Shown here: positions 1-9,419 of the stretch, one piece after another
Layout: the number at the start of each line of letters is the position of its first letter
Numbering within the stretch: the stretch's first letter is position 1
Assembly (NCBI GenBank): GCA_022790975.1
Contig: JAAVYF010000011.1
Coordinates: 5,158-69,157 of the forward strand
Length of the DNA stretch: 64,000 bases
From: Clostridia bacterium
GTDB taxonomy: Bacteria > Bacillota > Clostridia > TANB77 > CAG-508
Direction of reading: 5' to 3'
Position numbers and translations under genes: made by a program
The notes under the pieces: generated by a model
What the model saw: the letters and a program-made list of their open reading frames with translations, nothing else
What the model was told of the DNA's origin: nothing
The model's database searches: none

Positions 1-168
1 GTATTTGCAGATATTTCTTTAAAACAAATGTCCACATATTATCCAACAACTGTGGATAATATGTTAAAAATTAATGGAGTTGGTGAATTAAAAATGAAGA
101 AATATGGTAATGAATTTCTGGAAATTATAAAAAAATTTGTTAAAGAAAACAATATTATTGAAGATTAA
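1..168 (+). CDS. recQ: 3' end of a RecQ-type helicase gene (HRDC domain), partial
   Basis: Frame 1 reads VFADISLKQMSTYYPTTVDNMLKINGVGELKMKKYGNEFLEIIKKF... to TAA at 166-168. The pattern resembles the C-terminal HRDC domain of RecQ helicases. The 5' part lies outside the window. Confidence 0.55.
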   Translation, partial: VFADISLKQMSTYYPTTVDNMLKINGVGELKMKKYGNEFLEIIKKFVKENNIIED

Positions 169-566
169 AATTTTATATTTTGAGCTTCATTTAACATAAT
201 TCCTATATTTCCTCCTCCAGCATATCTATCTGCATCAAAAAAATTGTCTTTACTATCAATCCAATATAGCTTATTTACCTCTTCTATTAGCTCTACTTCC
301 TTGTTTAATTTTCCAGCAAAAAATTCTAATTCCATATCATCAAATTTATACTGGAAGTTCATAACATGTAGTAAGGAAATATCATCTTTTGTTATTCCTG
401 TTTCTTCTTTTAGCTCTCTATATGCAGCAGATAATTCACTTTCTCCATTTTCCACTTTTCCACCAACTAAATTAAACTTTCCTTTAAATGGCTCTTTCTC
501 TCTTTTACACATAAGAATTTTATCTTTATCTTTATTATAAACTAATATTACATTTAATTTTTTCAT
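165..566 (-). CDS. NUDIX hydrolase
   Basis: ORF 165..602 has the Nudix box GGKVENGESELSAAYRELKEETGI. Start placed at ATG 566 (MKKLNVIL...), preceded by GGAGAAG. Confidence 0.8.
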   Translation of the reverse strand: MKKLNVILVYNKDKDKILMCKREKEPFKGKFNLVGGKVENGESELSAAYRELKEETGITKDDISLLHVMNFQYKFDDMELEFFAGKLNKEVELIEEVNKLYWIDSKDNFFDADRYAGGGNIGIMLNEAQNIKF

Positions 567-687
567 AAACTTCTCCAAACTATATATTATTAAAAAATAC
601 ATATTATATTTCTACAACTATTTATTTCTTTCTATAACTTTTTTAAACTCATAAAAATAAAATAAATAGCTTTAGTTTAAAAATGTT

Positions 688-1260
688 TTAATTGTTACTT
701 TTATACCACTCAGCAAAAACTTTTAATGCTTCTACAGAACCATCAATTTTTCTTCTTTCTTCTCTTTCTTTATAATCCATCTCTGCTAATGTCTTTTCAA
801 AATGTTCTGGTTTAAATATATACCATAAATCAGACCATTTTTCATCTCTATCTATTCCTTGAATTTTATTAGATAAATTTCCTGGATGCTTACCAAAAAA
901 ATAATGTATTTCTTTTCCATCATGATAAGCTAAACATTCTTCAAATTTACATTTTCTATTTTCTTTGCCTTCCATCAATTTTAATATTCCATCAATTCCA
1001 ATTGTATCTAATGAAAAATTAACAAATGCTTTTGGAAACCCATTCAATTCATCAATAAAGAATCCTGTATCTAATGCAATACATGGCTTCTTCACAATTT
1101 CATATGCCTGTTTTACTTTAGCTGTTGCAATCTCTTGTATATCATCACTTCTAGGCTCATTCAATTCAAAATCGTATGTACTAAATTTTAAGTCATTAAA
1201 ATATTTTTCTGCAGATTTTGCTTTTCCTTTATTATGTGTTACAAAAACTATTTCTTTCAT
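688..1260 (-). CDS. Ham1/RdgB-family non-canonical purine NTP pyrophosphatase (ITPase-like)
   Basis: 190 aa. N-terminus IVFVTHNKGKAKSAEKYF and the internal DTGFFIDELNGFPKAF are typical of the Ham1 family. Confidence 0.7.
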   Translation of the reverse strand: MKEIVFVTHNKGKAKSAEKYFNDLKFSTYDFELNEPRSDDIQEIATAKVKQAYEIVKKPCIALDTGFFIDELNGFPKAFVNFSLDTIGIDGILKLMEGKENRKCKFEECLAYHDGKEIHYFFGKHPGNLSNKIQGIDRDEKWSDLWYIFKPEHFEKTLAEMDYKEREERRKIDGSVEALKVFAEWYKSNN

Positions 1261-1352
1261 ACTACTTTCTTCTTTCTAATTTTTTATATTTTACATAATT
1301 TTTAACTTAATTCCTTTTTACAATATAATTTTAATATTTCTTTAATTTATAA

Positions 1353-1670
1353 TTAAAGTTTATCATATTTAGTACTAACTCCCTTAGATTTTTCAACAGG
1401 ATATTTCTTCTTAGTTTTTTCTAATTTATTTAAAATAATCTCCTTTGGATTAACATCTAAAGTTATAGCCATCTGAAAACAATAAGTAAAAACATCAGCT
1501 AATTCTTCATATACATCTTGTTTATTATAATCTTCTCCATTCCATTGAAAACATTCTAATAATTCCGCAGATTCAATTGAAATTGATTTTGCCAAATTAT
1601 CTGGTGTATGAAACTTTCCCCAATTTCTCTCTTTATTGAATTTTTTTATTTCTTCTATTATTTCATCCAT
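1353..1670 (-). CDS. MazG-like nucleotide pyrophosphohydrolase (small all-alpha type)
   Basis: 105 aa. RNWGKFHTPDNLAKSISIESAELLECFQW...EELADVFTYC matches the MazG/dCTPase-like EExxE-type helical fold pattern. Confidence 0.7.
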   Translation of the reverse strand: MDEIIEEIKKFNKERNWGKFHTPDNLAKSISIESAELLECFQWNGEDYNKQDVYEELADVFTYCFQMAITLDVNPKEIILNKLEKTKKKYPVEKSKGVSTKYDKL

Positions 1671-1801
1671 AAAAAAATTTGCTCCTTATATAATATTTAA
1701 AAAGTTACCATTAAAACTTTCTTTTATAACATTCCTAATAATAAAATATTTATTATTTATAATACTTTCACTTTCTACTTTATAAAAAAATTATTTCTTA
1801 A

Positions 1802-2665
1802 TTAAATTTTATTAAAATCAATTCCATTATCTTTAAATCTAATAAAAAGTTTCTCTTTATCTCTATAAATTCCCTCTTTTAATTCTAATTTATAAGCTTC
1901 TTTTTCTATATTTTCATCTTGATTTTCTAACTCTTTATCAATATTATAAGAAACTTTTACAAATTCATAAGAAATATCTGAACCATATTTTTTTGAACCA
2001 TATTCACCTGTAACAATCAAATAATTAGCTTTTGTAGTTTCTCTTACATCTCCATCTCTTTTAGGATTTCTAATCAAATTCAAAGCATTTCCTACACTTC
2101 CTACATTTATAAGAGTTCTATTATAAACCATATCCATAAATGCCTGATGTATATGACCATATATAACACAATCTGCAATTTGATTACTAATAGTATTTTC
2201 TGTTGGCACAAACATCTTAAATTTTTGTTCATAATTACTTCCAGAAAATACATTTCCCTTATCACTATCTGGTGCTCCATGAAATAATCTAATTAAAGAA
2301 CCACTCATATAAAATTCATAGCAAAAAGGCAAATTCTGTAAATACATTCTTTCTTCATCATTTAGCATAGAATTATTCCAATTAAATCTTTCTTTTTCCA
2401 ATTCAGAAAGACCATCATACTTTTCTTTATTTAATTCACTTGAATAATGCCTATCATTATTTCCTCTAATAACAATATCACAATTCTCTCTTACTAATTT
2501 TATGCATTCTCTTGAGTGGATACCCTTACTTATTATATCTCCTAAACATATAATTTTGTCTACATTTCTAGTTTTTATATCTTTTAATGTTTCTTTTAAT
2601 GCTTCTAAATTTCCATGTATATCTGAAATTATTGCAATTCTAGTCTTTTTATTTTCTAACTCCAT
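1802..2665 (-). CDS. calcineurin-like metallophosphoesterase
   Basis: Motifs IAIISDIHGN, LGDIISKG, GNND and YGHIH. Start placed at ATG 2665 (MELENKK), overlapping the stop of a small upstream ORF. Confidence 0.8.
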   Translation of the reverse strand: MELENKKTRIAIISDIHGNLEALKETLKDIKTRNVDKIICLGDIISKGIHSRECIKLVRENCDIVIRGNNDRHYSSELNKEKYDGLSELEKERFNWNNSMLNDEERMYLQNLPFCYEFYMSGSLIRLFHGAPDSDKGNVFSGSNYEQKFKMFVPTENTISNQIADCVIYGHIHQAFMDMVYNRTLINVGSVGNALNLIRNPKRDGDVRETTKANYLIVTGEYGSKKYGSDISYEFVKVSYNIDKELENQDENIEKEAYKLELKEGIYRDKEKLFIRFKDNGIDFNKI

Positions 2666-2804
2666 TATCTCCCCCATCAAATTTTCTAATTGCATCATCA
2701 ATAAAAATTTTACTTCTTCCACATCCTGGGTCATTTAGTGGACACATATTACTACATCCTCTGCAATTTTTTGTTTTTAAATATTCATCTATTATATCAT
2801 CCAT
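2649..2804 (-). CDS. small Cys-rich protein (51 aa), hypothetical
   Basis: ATG 2804 preceded by GAGG. MDDIIDEYLKTKNCRGCSNMCPLNDPGCGRSKIF... has 5 Cys. Its stop overlaps the start of the phosphoesterase gene. Too short for the supplied ORF track. Confidence 0.4.
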   Translation of the reverse strand: MDDIIDEYLKTKNCRGCSNMCPLNDPGCGRSKIFIDDAIRKFDGGDNGVRK

Positions 2805-2832
2805 TTTATATACCTCTTCTTAAATATTTAAT

Positions 2833-3483
2833 TTATTCTAAATTTTTTAAAATCCATTTTATATCTTCTATAGATTTATCAATATTAAATCTACCATTTC
2901 CAACTGGATAAAATATAGAATAAAAATTATATTCTTTTCCATTTATATCTTTTTTAAAAAGTTTTTTCCTACATTGCGAAACTGAAACTTTTTCATTTAA
3001 AACAATTGAACTAACTTGATTTCCAAATAATACAATAACTTTAGGATTTATAATTTCAATTTCTTGTTTTAATAAATCTAAATACTCTTTATAAACATTA
3101 TCTGGTATTATTCTTGCATCAATTTGTGTACATTTTCCTAAATTTGTAATAAAATATCTATGATTTTCAACATCTTTATATACCTTATCTGCAAAATCTT
3201 CAGTCCATTCATTAGGCTTAATTTCTTTAATTTTAAAATAAATCTTTTCATCCATTAAACCAACTTCATAAAATAAATCCCATATATTTTTAGTACCTAT
3301 CCAAGGTGATTTTCTTCCTTTCCAGTTTTTATCAGATGCAATATTTCTTCCTGTGGGATTCATAAAAACAAAGCAAATATCTGGATTATTTTCGCAACCG
3401 CCATTATATATAGAATCTAAATCTTTTGCTCCATATTTTTGCTGTAACTCATCATATTTAACTTTTAAGTCTTCTAGCTTCAT
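2833..3483 (-). CDS. uracil-DNA glycosylase superfamily protein
   Basis: 216 aa. CFVFMNPTGRN... and VIVLFGNQVS blocks resemble the UDG family 4/5 fold. The assignment is motif-level only. Confidence 0.5.
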   Translation of the reverse strand: MKLEDLKVKYDELQQKYGAKDLDSIYNGGCENNPDICFVFMNPTGRNIASDKNWKGRKSPWIGTKNIWDLFYEVGLMDEKIYFKIKEIKPNEWTEDFADKVYKDVENHRYFITNLGKCTQIDARIIPDNVYKEYLDLLKQEIEIINPKVIVLFGNQVSSIVLNEKVSVSQCRKKLFKKDINGKEYNFYSIFYPVGNGRFNIDKSIEDIKWILKNLE

Positions 3484-3573
3484 TTATTACCTCTTATATA
3501 ATTTTTGCTTATTATATCATACATAAATTTATATTTAAAGTTAATTCTATTAAATAATATAATAAAATCACAT

Positions 3574-3610
3574 AAAGAAAAATCCCACGACTCTGTTGAG
3601 AAGTGGGATT
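3574..3610 (-). terminator. rho-independent terminator of the 58-aa ORF
   Basis: Stem aatcccac (3581-3588) pairs with gtgggatt (3603-3610). A T-run follows on the minus strand (complement of 3574-3580). Confidence 0.7.
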
Positions 3611-3644
3611 CTGACGCTACCTACGACATTCCGCTGGTTATGAG

Positions 3645-3821
3645 TTATGCTAAGGACATAATAAGCGACATATTTGGATAGCCATCCACAAGCAGCTTTG
3701 CTTTAGTGAGTTCAGCTTGTATGCATTCATCGAACTCACCTGAAAGGTATCTTATAACATCATAGATACCTTCTACTCCTTCCTTGCTTATTTTTCTCCT
3801 TATAGCATCTACGTCGTACAT
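3645..3821 (-). CDS. small (58 aa) hypothetical protein in a GC-richer islet next to the CRISPR remnant
   Basis: Start ATG 3821 sits after AAGGAGG. MYDVDAIRRKISKEGVEGIYDVIRYLSGEFDECIQAELTKAKLLVDGYPNMSLIMSLA. It has its own near-consensus promoter and terminator. Confidence 0.55.
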   Translation of the reverse strand: MYDVDAIRRKISKEGVEGIYDVIRYLSGEFDECIQAELTKAKLLVDGYPNMSLIMSLA

Positions 3822-3858
3822 TTCTATGTACCTCCTTAATGAATTGTATAGTTTTTTT

Positions 3859-3888
3859 ATTATAACACATTTGTGCAACATCTGTCAA
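3859..3888 (-). promoter_or_regulatory. near-consensus sigma-A promoter (TTGACA, 18 nt spacer, TGtTATAAT)
   Basis: On the minus strand, -35 TTGACA lies at 3888..3883 and the extended -10 TGTTATAAT ends at 3859. It drives the 58-aa ORF. Confidence 0.65.
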
Positions 3889-3944
3889 GTATATTATTAT
3901 AGGCATACTCGCCTTTTTCTTCGACATAATTTTTGTCAAATCTT

Positions 3945-4047
3945 GTCTAACTTTATTTAATATGTGATAATATGATATAATTGCAGAAACAAAACTTGTT
4001 GCTGGAACTTAGTTATAGTTTTCTATTTTATTTTGATATGATATAAT
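3945..4047 (+). CRISPR. mini CRISPR array A: one degenerate repeat, a 30-nt spacer, one intact 36-nt repeat
   Basis: Intact repeat gttatagttttctattttattttgatatgatataat at 4012-4047. Degenerate copy at 3945-3981 still ends in tgatataat. Spacer tgcagaaacaaaacttgttgctggaactta at 3982-4011. Confidence 0.75.
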
Positions 4048-4144
4048 ATTTTCTCAAAAAATCAAGTGATATCAACATATTACTGGATTTTTTGTTTTAA
4101 AAAATAATTTTTTCTTATCAATTTTTCTATTAATTTTTCATTTT

Positions 4145-4354
4145 TTAAAAAAGCGATAATGTTTCAAATTCAAGTGTCTTTTCATATTTAGATTTTTTAC
4201 CCAATAGAATTTCAACATTTTCATATTGTCTTTCTGTAATTACTAAAACACGAATAGACCCTTCATTTTGTACATAAACATTTCTAAAAGCCATATATTT
4301 GCTTAAAACATTTATCAATCTATAGATTAAGACCGTAGATGCTTTAAGATAAAT
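4145..4354 (-). pseudogene. cas2: cas2 remnant (C-terminal ~68 codons only)
   Basis: Frame reads ...LINVLSKYMAFRNVYVQNEGSIRVLVITERQYENVEILLGKKSKYE..., resembling the C-terminal half of type II Cas2 (compare [21 protein letters not shown] in S. pyogenes Cas2). It has no N-terminal beta1/Asp region and no ATG at the 5' end. It begins about 20 nt after the cas9 stop. Confidence 0.6.
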
Positions 4355-4373
4355 ATTAAAGCTTCCCTCCCTT

Positions 4374-7300
4374 CTATTTTTTATTTATATTAAAAGGTAA
4401 TCTTTTTTCTGGCAATTTAACTTTATGATAATTACCTAAAATATCTACTTCATATTTTTCAAACTTTTTTAAAGATTTTATTCCTAAATTAGTTTGAATA
4501 TATTTATTATCATGTGTTTGTATTGTTATTGATGCTACAGAAATTCCTGCTTTTATATAATAAGCAAATAATTCTTCTGCTTCTATAGAATCTTTATTTT
4601 TAATATTAGGATTTAACTTTACTTTATTATTTCCTTTTATGTAAATCAAATCTTTAGGATATAATGAGAAAATAAAATTTCTATCATCCATTTCTTTCCA
4701 TTTTACATAATCTTTATTAGCTACACAAGCTTTATTAGGGAGTTTATTCTTTACAGTATCACTAACATAAATTGGAATAAAATAATATCCTTCATTCTCA
4801 ATATAAAATACATCAAGTCTCACACAATTACCGATTTGCTGCAAATGCTTTTCCGTTATTCAATTCAACCCCTAAAGTTACATTAGATTCTATTTTAACT
4901 TTTCTAACAATTGGACCTTTACTTCCATCAGATTTTGGTTTATAAAAATCTTCTTTAAATGCTTCTTCACCCTTACCTCCATATTCCAATAACCTTGTTT
5001 TCAAAGCATCATATAGTAACCCATCATCTCTTCTACAATTTTCTGGATATCCTTCTATCTCTCCATCTTTTAGTTTCAATTTTGTTAATTCTGTTTTTGT
5101 AATTGTTTTTATTTTTTCTTCGTCTTTTTTTATACCTCTTATCGTATCTAAATGTGCGCTTCCTTTAACTTTTCTTCTAGGCATTCTTGATACAAATATA
5201 GGTTCTAAATCTTCATCATTCTCATAAGTATAAATTTTCTCAGCTTTTAAACACTCTATCATTCTTTCTTTAGAACTGCAATTAACTCTTATATCTAACT
5301 CTTTTCTAAATTTAGTCCATGGCTCAGGAAAATATATTCCATTATTTTTTTCATATTCTTTAGAATTTAAAATCTCTCCTGTTTCTAAATCAATATATTC
5401 TCCTTTGGAATTCATAAATTTCCCATCATTATATTGATAATATTTTGTCAATTTATTAATCATTTCTTGTGTAGTAGTAGCAATTATTGTAGCATCAATT
5501 GCATGATGAATATCTCCATCTCTTAATTTTTCAATTCCTAATCTTTTTCTTATATGAGCAGTTAGCTTACCATTTACTGTCCATACTTTTCTTTCAAAAT
5601 TAGGATTATCTGAAAACTCTAAATTATTTCTTATTAAATTATACATTAATTTACAAATATATTTTGTATCATTTAAATTTCTTTCCTTCCATTCTTTTGC
5701 ATCTTCTCTTGTAAAATCTTCCTTTAATAATCTTTGTTGTTTTCTAAAATTCTTTATATATCTATTTACTCTAATTTCATATTCTTCAACGTTTTTTCCT
5801 GATTCCTTTATATATTTATACGGTACTCTATTTCCTTTTTGTCTATTTTCGCTTGCAAAAACTAGCACTTTATTATTATAGCTATCATCAAAACATGCAC
5901 TATATGGAATAATGTGGTCAACATCTACTGCTTCTGTAAATAAATCTTCTAATTTTATATGTTTTCCTGAGTATATACATACTCCATCTTGCTCTTGCCA
6001 CAACTTGTATTTTACAATATCCTGACCAGTAACATAGGCTTTTCCTAATTCTTTTATATGTTCTTTAGATGCACTATTTATTTTTAAGTTTTCTTCTTGT
6101 TTTTTTGAAATCATATTTCTGTATTTTAAATTTTTTCCCAATTCTCTTGCAAGTTCTACAACTACAACATCAAGTTTACCATACTTATCATTATACTTTA
6201 AAGTAATAGCATTTAAAACCTTAATTGCTTGTGAAATACCACGTCTTACTACTGGATTCGAAATTTCTTGTTCTAAATCATTAAGACTTAGCTTTCTTTT
6301 TTTCTCTGTATTAATTTTTCCTCTAAAATCTTGATAAACATTATTAACTGCTTTATCATAAGTAATTCCTTTCTCTAATTCTGGAATAATTTTTTTCATA
6401 GCTTTTATTGATAAATTTCCAACTTTAGAAAAAGATACTTTTAATAATTCATCAATTGCTTCATCAGTTAAATTTATTGTATTTTCTCTTAAATATCTTT
6501 CTCTTTTCTCATCATTTTTATATATAGTTAATGCATATCCAATACTATCTAACTCATCTATTGATAGTTTTAAAATATAATCTTTTTCTATTTTATTTAA
6601 AGCTTTTTTTATTTTCTTATAGCTTTCAAATTCACTTAATTTTTTAGATTCTTCAGCTTCTTTTGTAGCCTCATCTGAAAAATCTATTACACCTTTATAT
6701 GTAACTAAATTAAATCTTTCAAAATTAGAAAGTTGTAATTCTTTTCTAACATCATAATAAGTTAAATTAATTTTAGAAAAAATTAAATCTTCTATTTTAT
6801 CTCTTTCTTCATTAATTAATGGTCTTTTAAGTTTATCTTTGCTTCCATCTTTGTTTATAATAGTTTCTTCTATTTTTATATGATTTAATGTTTGTAAAAA
6901 TTTAAACTTCTCAAATGTATAGCACGCTTTAGGAGCTCTATATTCTGTACTTTCAAAAGTACATTTTCCAAGCATATTCTCAATTAAATTTCCACCAAAT
7001 GGACTTGGACTTCCTGGTCCATCATCAAAATTTCTTTGAGATTCAAATATTTCTATGTATTCATTTATAAAATCATCTGTAATCATAGAATTTAATTCTT
7101 TTTGTTTGTTTAAAATTAACTTTATTTCATCAACTAATAACGTTCTAAGTGCAGTATTTTTATAATCTCCTATAGAATTCTTTATTTTAATAAGTGGATT
7201 AGAATTTTTATCTAAAATAAACTCTCCATTTTTGTTTTTTAATTTAAATTTGTCATCTTTTAAATACATCTCTGAAACAGTTCTATATCCTTTTTCTTTC

Positions 7301-7782
7301 ATCAAAATCTCATTTTCCTTTGTTGCTGTTAATAGCTTTCCTGTTTCTTTGTCATTTTTACTTTCTTCAGATTTACTATTTGATTTATATCCTCTTTTTT
7401 TTACAAAACTAATTAAAACTCTTGCAAGTTCTTTGTTAGTTAGTTTTTCATCTAAACCTTGCACTTTTAATTCATATACATTAAATGGAAATTTATAATT
7501 TTCATACATTTCATCTATTTCTTTTTTAGAAATTAAATTATATCTTTCTAATAATCTTTTAGTACGCTCAACTCTATGTTTTTTTCTTCTTAGTCTACGT
7601 CTTCCTCCTCTTGCATCTCTTCTTTCTTTTGCAAGTGAAGAACCATCTTTTGAATTTTCTGCTGAATCAAAAATTCTTGAACCTAAATCAATAATTCTTT
7701 GAGGTTCTCCATTTTCATCATTTTTAATTACAGACCATCCAACAGATGTTATTCCAATATCTAATCCTATTCTATATCCCAT
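4374..7782 (-). CDS. cas9: Cas9 (about 1135 aa, compact type II). The ORF is broken at in-frame CGG 4833..4831 and is continuous if the C is skipped.
   Basis: RuvC-I IGLDIGITSVGWSVI, Arg-rich bridge helix RRDARGGRRRLRRKKHR, HNH DVDHIIPYSACFDDSYNNKVLVFASENRQKGNRVPY. The C-terminal PI-like segment VRLDVFYIENEGYYFIPIYVSD lies in ORF 4374..4844. The junction ...AFAAN-(C)GGT-NCVRLDVF restores the NG.xVRxDVF pattern. Start ATG 7782 follows GGAGG. Confidence 0.9.
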
Positions 7783-7799
7783 ATTTTCCTCCATATATG

Positions 7800-7930
7800 T
7801 AGATAGCTGCCCAATAAATGGACAGCTAGTGCTTTACGACGCATAAGTTCTAAAATAAAACTTAGGTCTTATTATAGTAACCTATTCTACTTTGATATGA
7901 TATAATTTTTGTGCCATTCCCTATAGCACA
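7800..7930 (-). ncRNA. predicted tracrRNA (anti-repeat 7906..7871, then nexus and hairpins), co-directional with cas9 and immediately upstream of it
   Basis: The minus strand reads AUUAUAUCAUAUCAAAGUAGAAUAGGUUACUAUAAU-AAGACCUAAGUUUUAUUUUAGAACUUAUGCGUCGUAAAGCACUAGCUGUCCAUUUAUUGGGCAGCU. The anti-repeat is complementary to the 36-nt repeat at 31/36 positions, with an internal 2-nt mismatch after an 8-bp lower stem. The UAAGAC following it parallels the UAAGGC of known tracrRNAs. Candidate promoter: TTGACA 7964..7959, 17-nt spacer, TAATAT 7941..7936. Ends are not mapped. Confidence 0.6.
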
Positions 7931-8244
7931 CTATTATATTAATATACTTTTGTATATTTGTCAATATTTATCTAAGATAATATTAGACAAATATCAAATA
8001 AATATAATATATTTTAAATTTTATTTTTTTTATTGAATATATTATTCAACTCCTTTCATTTTTATTTTATCAATTATAAAAAAATATTGACATTATACTA
8101 TGATGGAAGTTGCTTTTCTACAAGGCTAAAGTCTTGTTACTACTGGCGTAGTCAGAAGATTATATAAATTAAAATATCAAAATCTTATAATATTTTGATT
8201 TTACTTTATATATTTAAAATTCATTATTTACTCCAATCTCTAAA

Positions 8245-8907
8245 TTAGCATTGTATACTATTTTTTTCGATAATCTTTATGGCATTCATAATTTTGTTTT
8301 TACGATCACCAGACATATCAAAAAAATAAATTCCTAATTCTTTACATTCTTTATAAAGCATTTTACTTTTACAAATAATTTCATCACAATTAAGCTTCAT
8401 CATATCATTACTTACATAATATGACCAATCTAATTTGGAATCTGTTTTTCTTATTTTTCTTAATAAATTTTTTATTGATTTATTTGGCATCCCGAAACAA
8501 TAAATATCACAATCCGATTTAAAATTTTTTATAACATCTATCACATCTAGTTCATGTGTATCAATAATTAATTTTTTACTTGTTTTAGATAAATCCCATT
8601 TTAGTTGATTAAAATAATTTTTTAAGAAATAAATTATATCTTCATGAGTTGTTTTAATATTTGATAAATTTAATATTTCATTTTTAGAAAATATATATTT
8701 TTTAAAATTTAAAGCATTTAGTGCAATAACTGCTGAATCTACTCGTAATGGTTCATAATTTTTATACATATCTAATAACTTATCTGTTAAAGTTGATTTT
8801 CCACAACGAGAAGCACCTAGAATAAAAATATTTTGACTTATAAATTCCTCCTGTTCTGCTATAAATGTAAACTTATTGAAGTAAATAATGTTTTTATAAT
8901 ATATCAT
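8245..8907 (-). CDS. P-loop NTPase / kinase-like protein
   Basis: Walker A GASRCGKSTL near the N-terminus. 220 aa. No further family assignment possible. Confidence 0.5.
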   Translation of the reverse strand: MIYYKNIIYFNKFTFIAEQEEFISQNIFILGASRCGKSTLTDKLLDMYKNYEPLRVDSAVIALNALNFKKYIFSKNEILNLSNIKTTHEDIIYFLKNYFNQLKWDLSKTSKKLIIDTHELDVIDVIKNFKSDCDIYCFGMPNKSIKNLLRKIRKTDSKLDWSYYVSNDMMKLNCDEIICKSKMLYKECKELGIYFFDMSGDRKNKIMNAIKIIEKNSIQC

Positions 8908-9026
8908 AATTTAATCTTGATGTAAAGTATTGCTAATATTACTTATAATTAGCTATTAGCTTTAAATATAAAAGTAAATTACAGTAAAGCAACAATTAGA
9001 ATTTACTTTTATATTTAATCTATTTT

Positions 9027-9287
9027 TTAAAGACCCCATACATTAGCTAATATTTTTAATAAAAAAGAAAACAATATAAAAGCACAAATTGCAATTATTC
9101 CTTTAACAACTATATCAAGCTTTTTGTTAAATTTACGAATTTTTTTACTTCCAATTTCTTTATTTGTATAAATATCTCTCCCATATTTTTCAATAGATTG
9201 CTGTCTTCTCTCTGCTTCCCACATGTTAAGTTTTCTTGCTTCTTCTTCTGCTATTTTTATAATTTCTTCTTGTTCCTTTTCATCCAT
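9027..9287 (-). CDS. small tail-anchored membrane protein, hypothetical
   Basis: 86 aa with a charged N-terminal helix and one C-terminal TM segment (GIIAICAFILFSFLLKILANVW). Confidence 0.4.
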   Translation of the reverse strand: MDEKEQEEIIKIAEEEARKLNMWEAERRQQSIEKYGRDIYTNKEIGSKKIRKFNKKLDIVVKGIIAICAFILFSFLLKILANVWGL

Positions 9288-9419
9288 AAAAATTACCTAT
9301 TTCCTTTTTTAATATACAAATATTATATTTAAAAAATAAATTTATTTCAACTAGAATATTAATTTTTTATTATTGACAAATACTCCAATATATTTTTATA
9401 TTAATATCTACTAAATAAA

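Noticed and set aside
4048-4373. Search for cas1 or csn2 between cas9 and array A
   Set aside because: Only a ~68-codon Cas2-like C-terminal fragment is readable. There is no room for, and no frame encoding, Cas1 or Csn2.
7871-7906. Opposite strand assignment: crRNA from the minus strand and tracrRNA from the plus strand reading into 7907-7990
   Set aside because: The plus-strand tail is AT-rich with only weak hairpins and has no UAAG-type nexus. The duplex would lack the usual lower-stem/bulge geometry. The repeat-embedded TGATATAAT boxes point to plus-strand crRNA transcription.
8087-8210. Slightly GC-richer intergenic stretch (…acaaggctaaagtcttgt…) as a second tracrRNA or sRNA
   Set aside because: There is no anti-repeat complementarity, no convincing promoter on either strand, and only short weak hairpins. 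The AAGGCTA resemblance to a nexus is probably coincidental.
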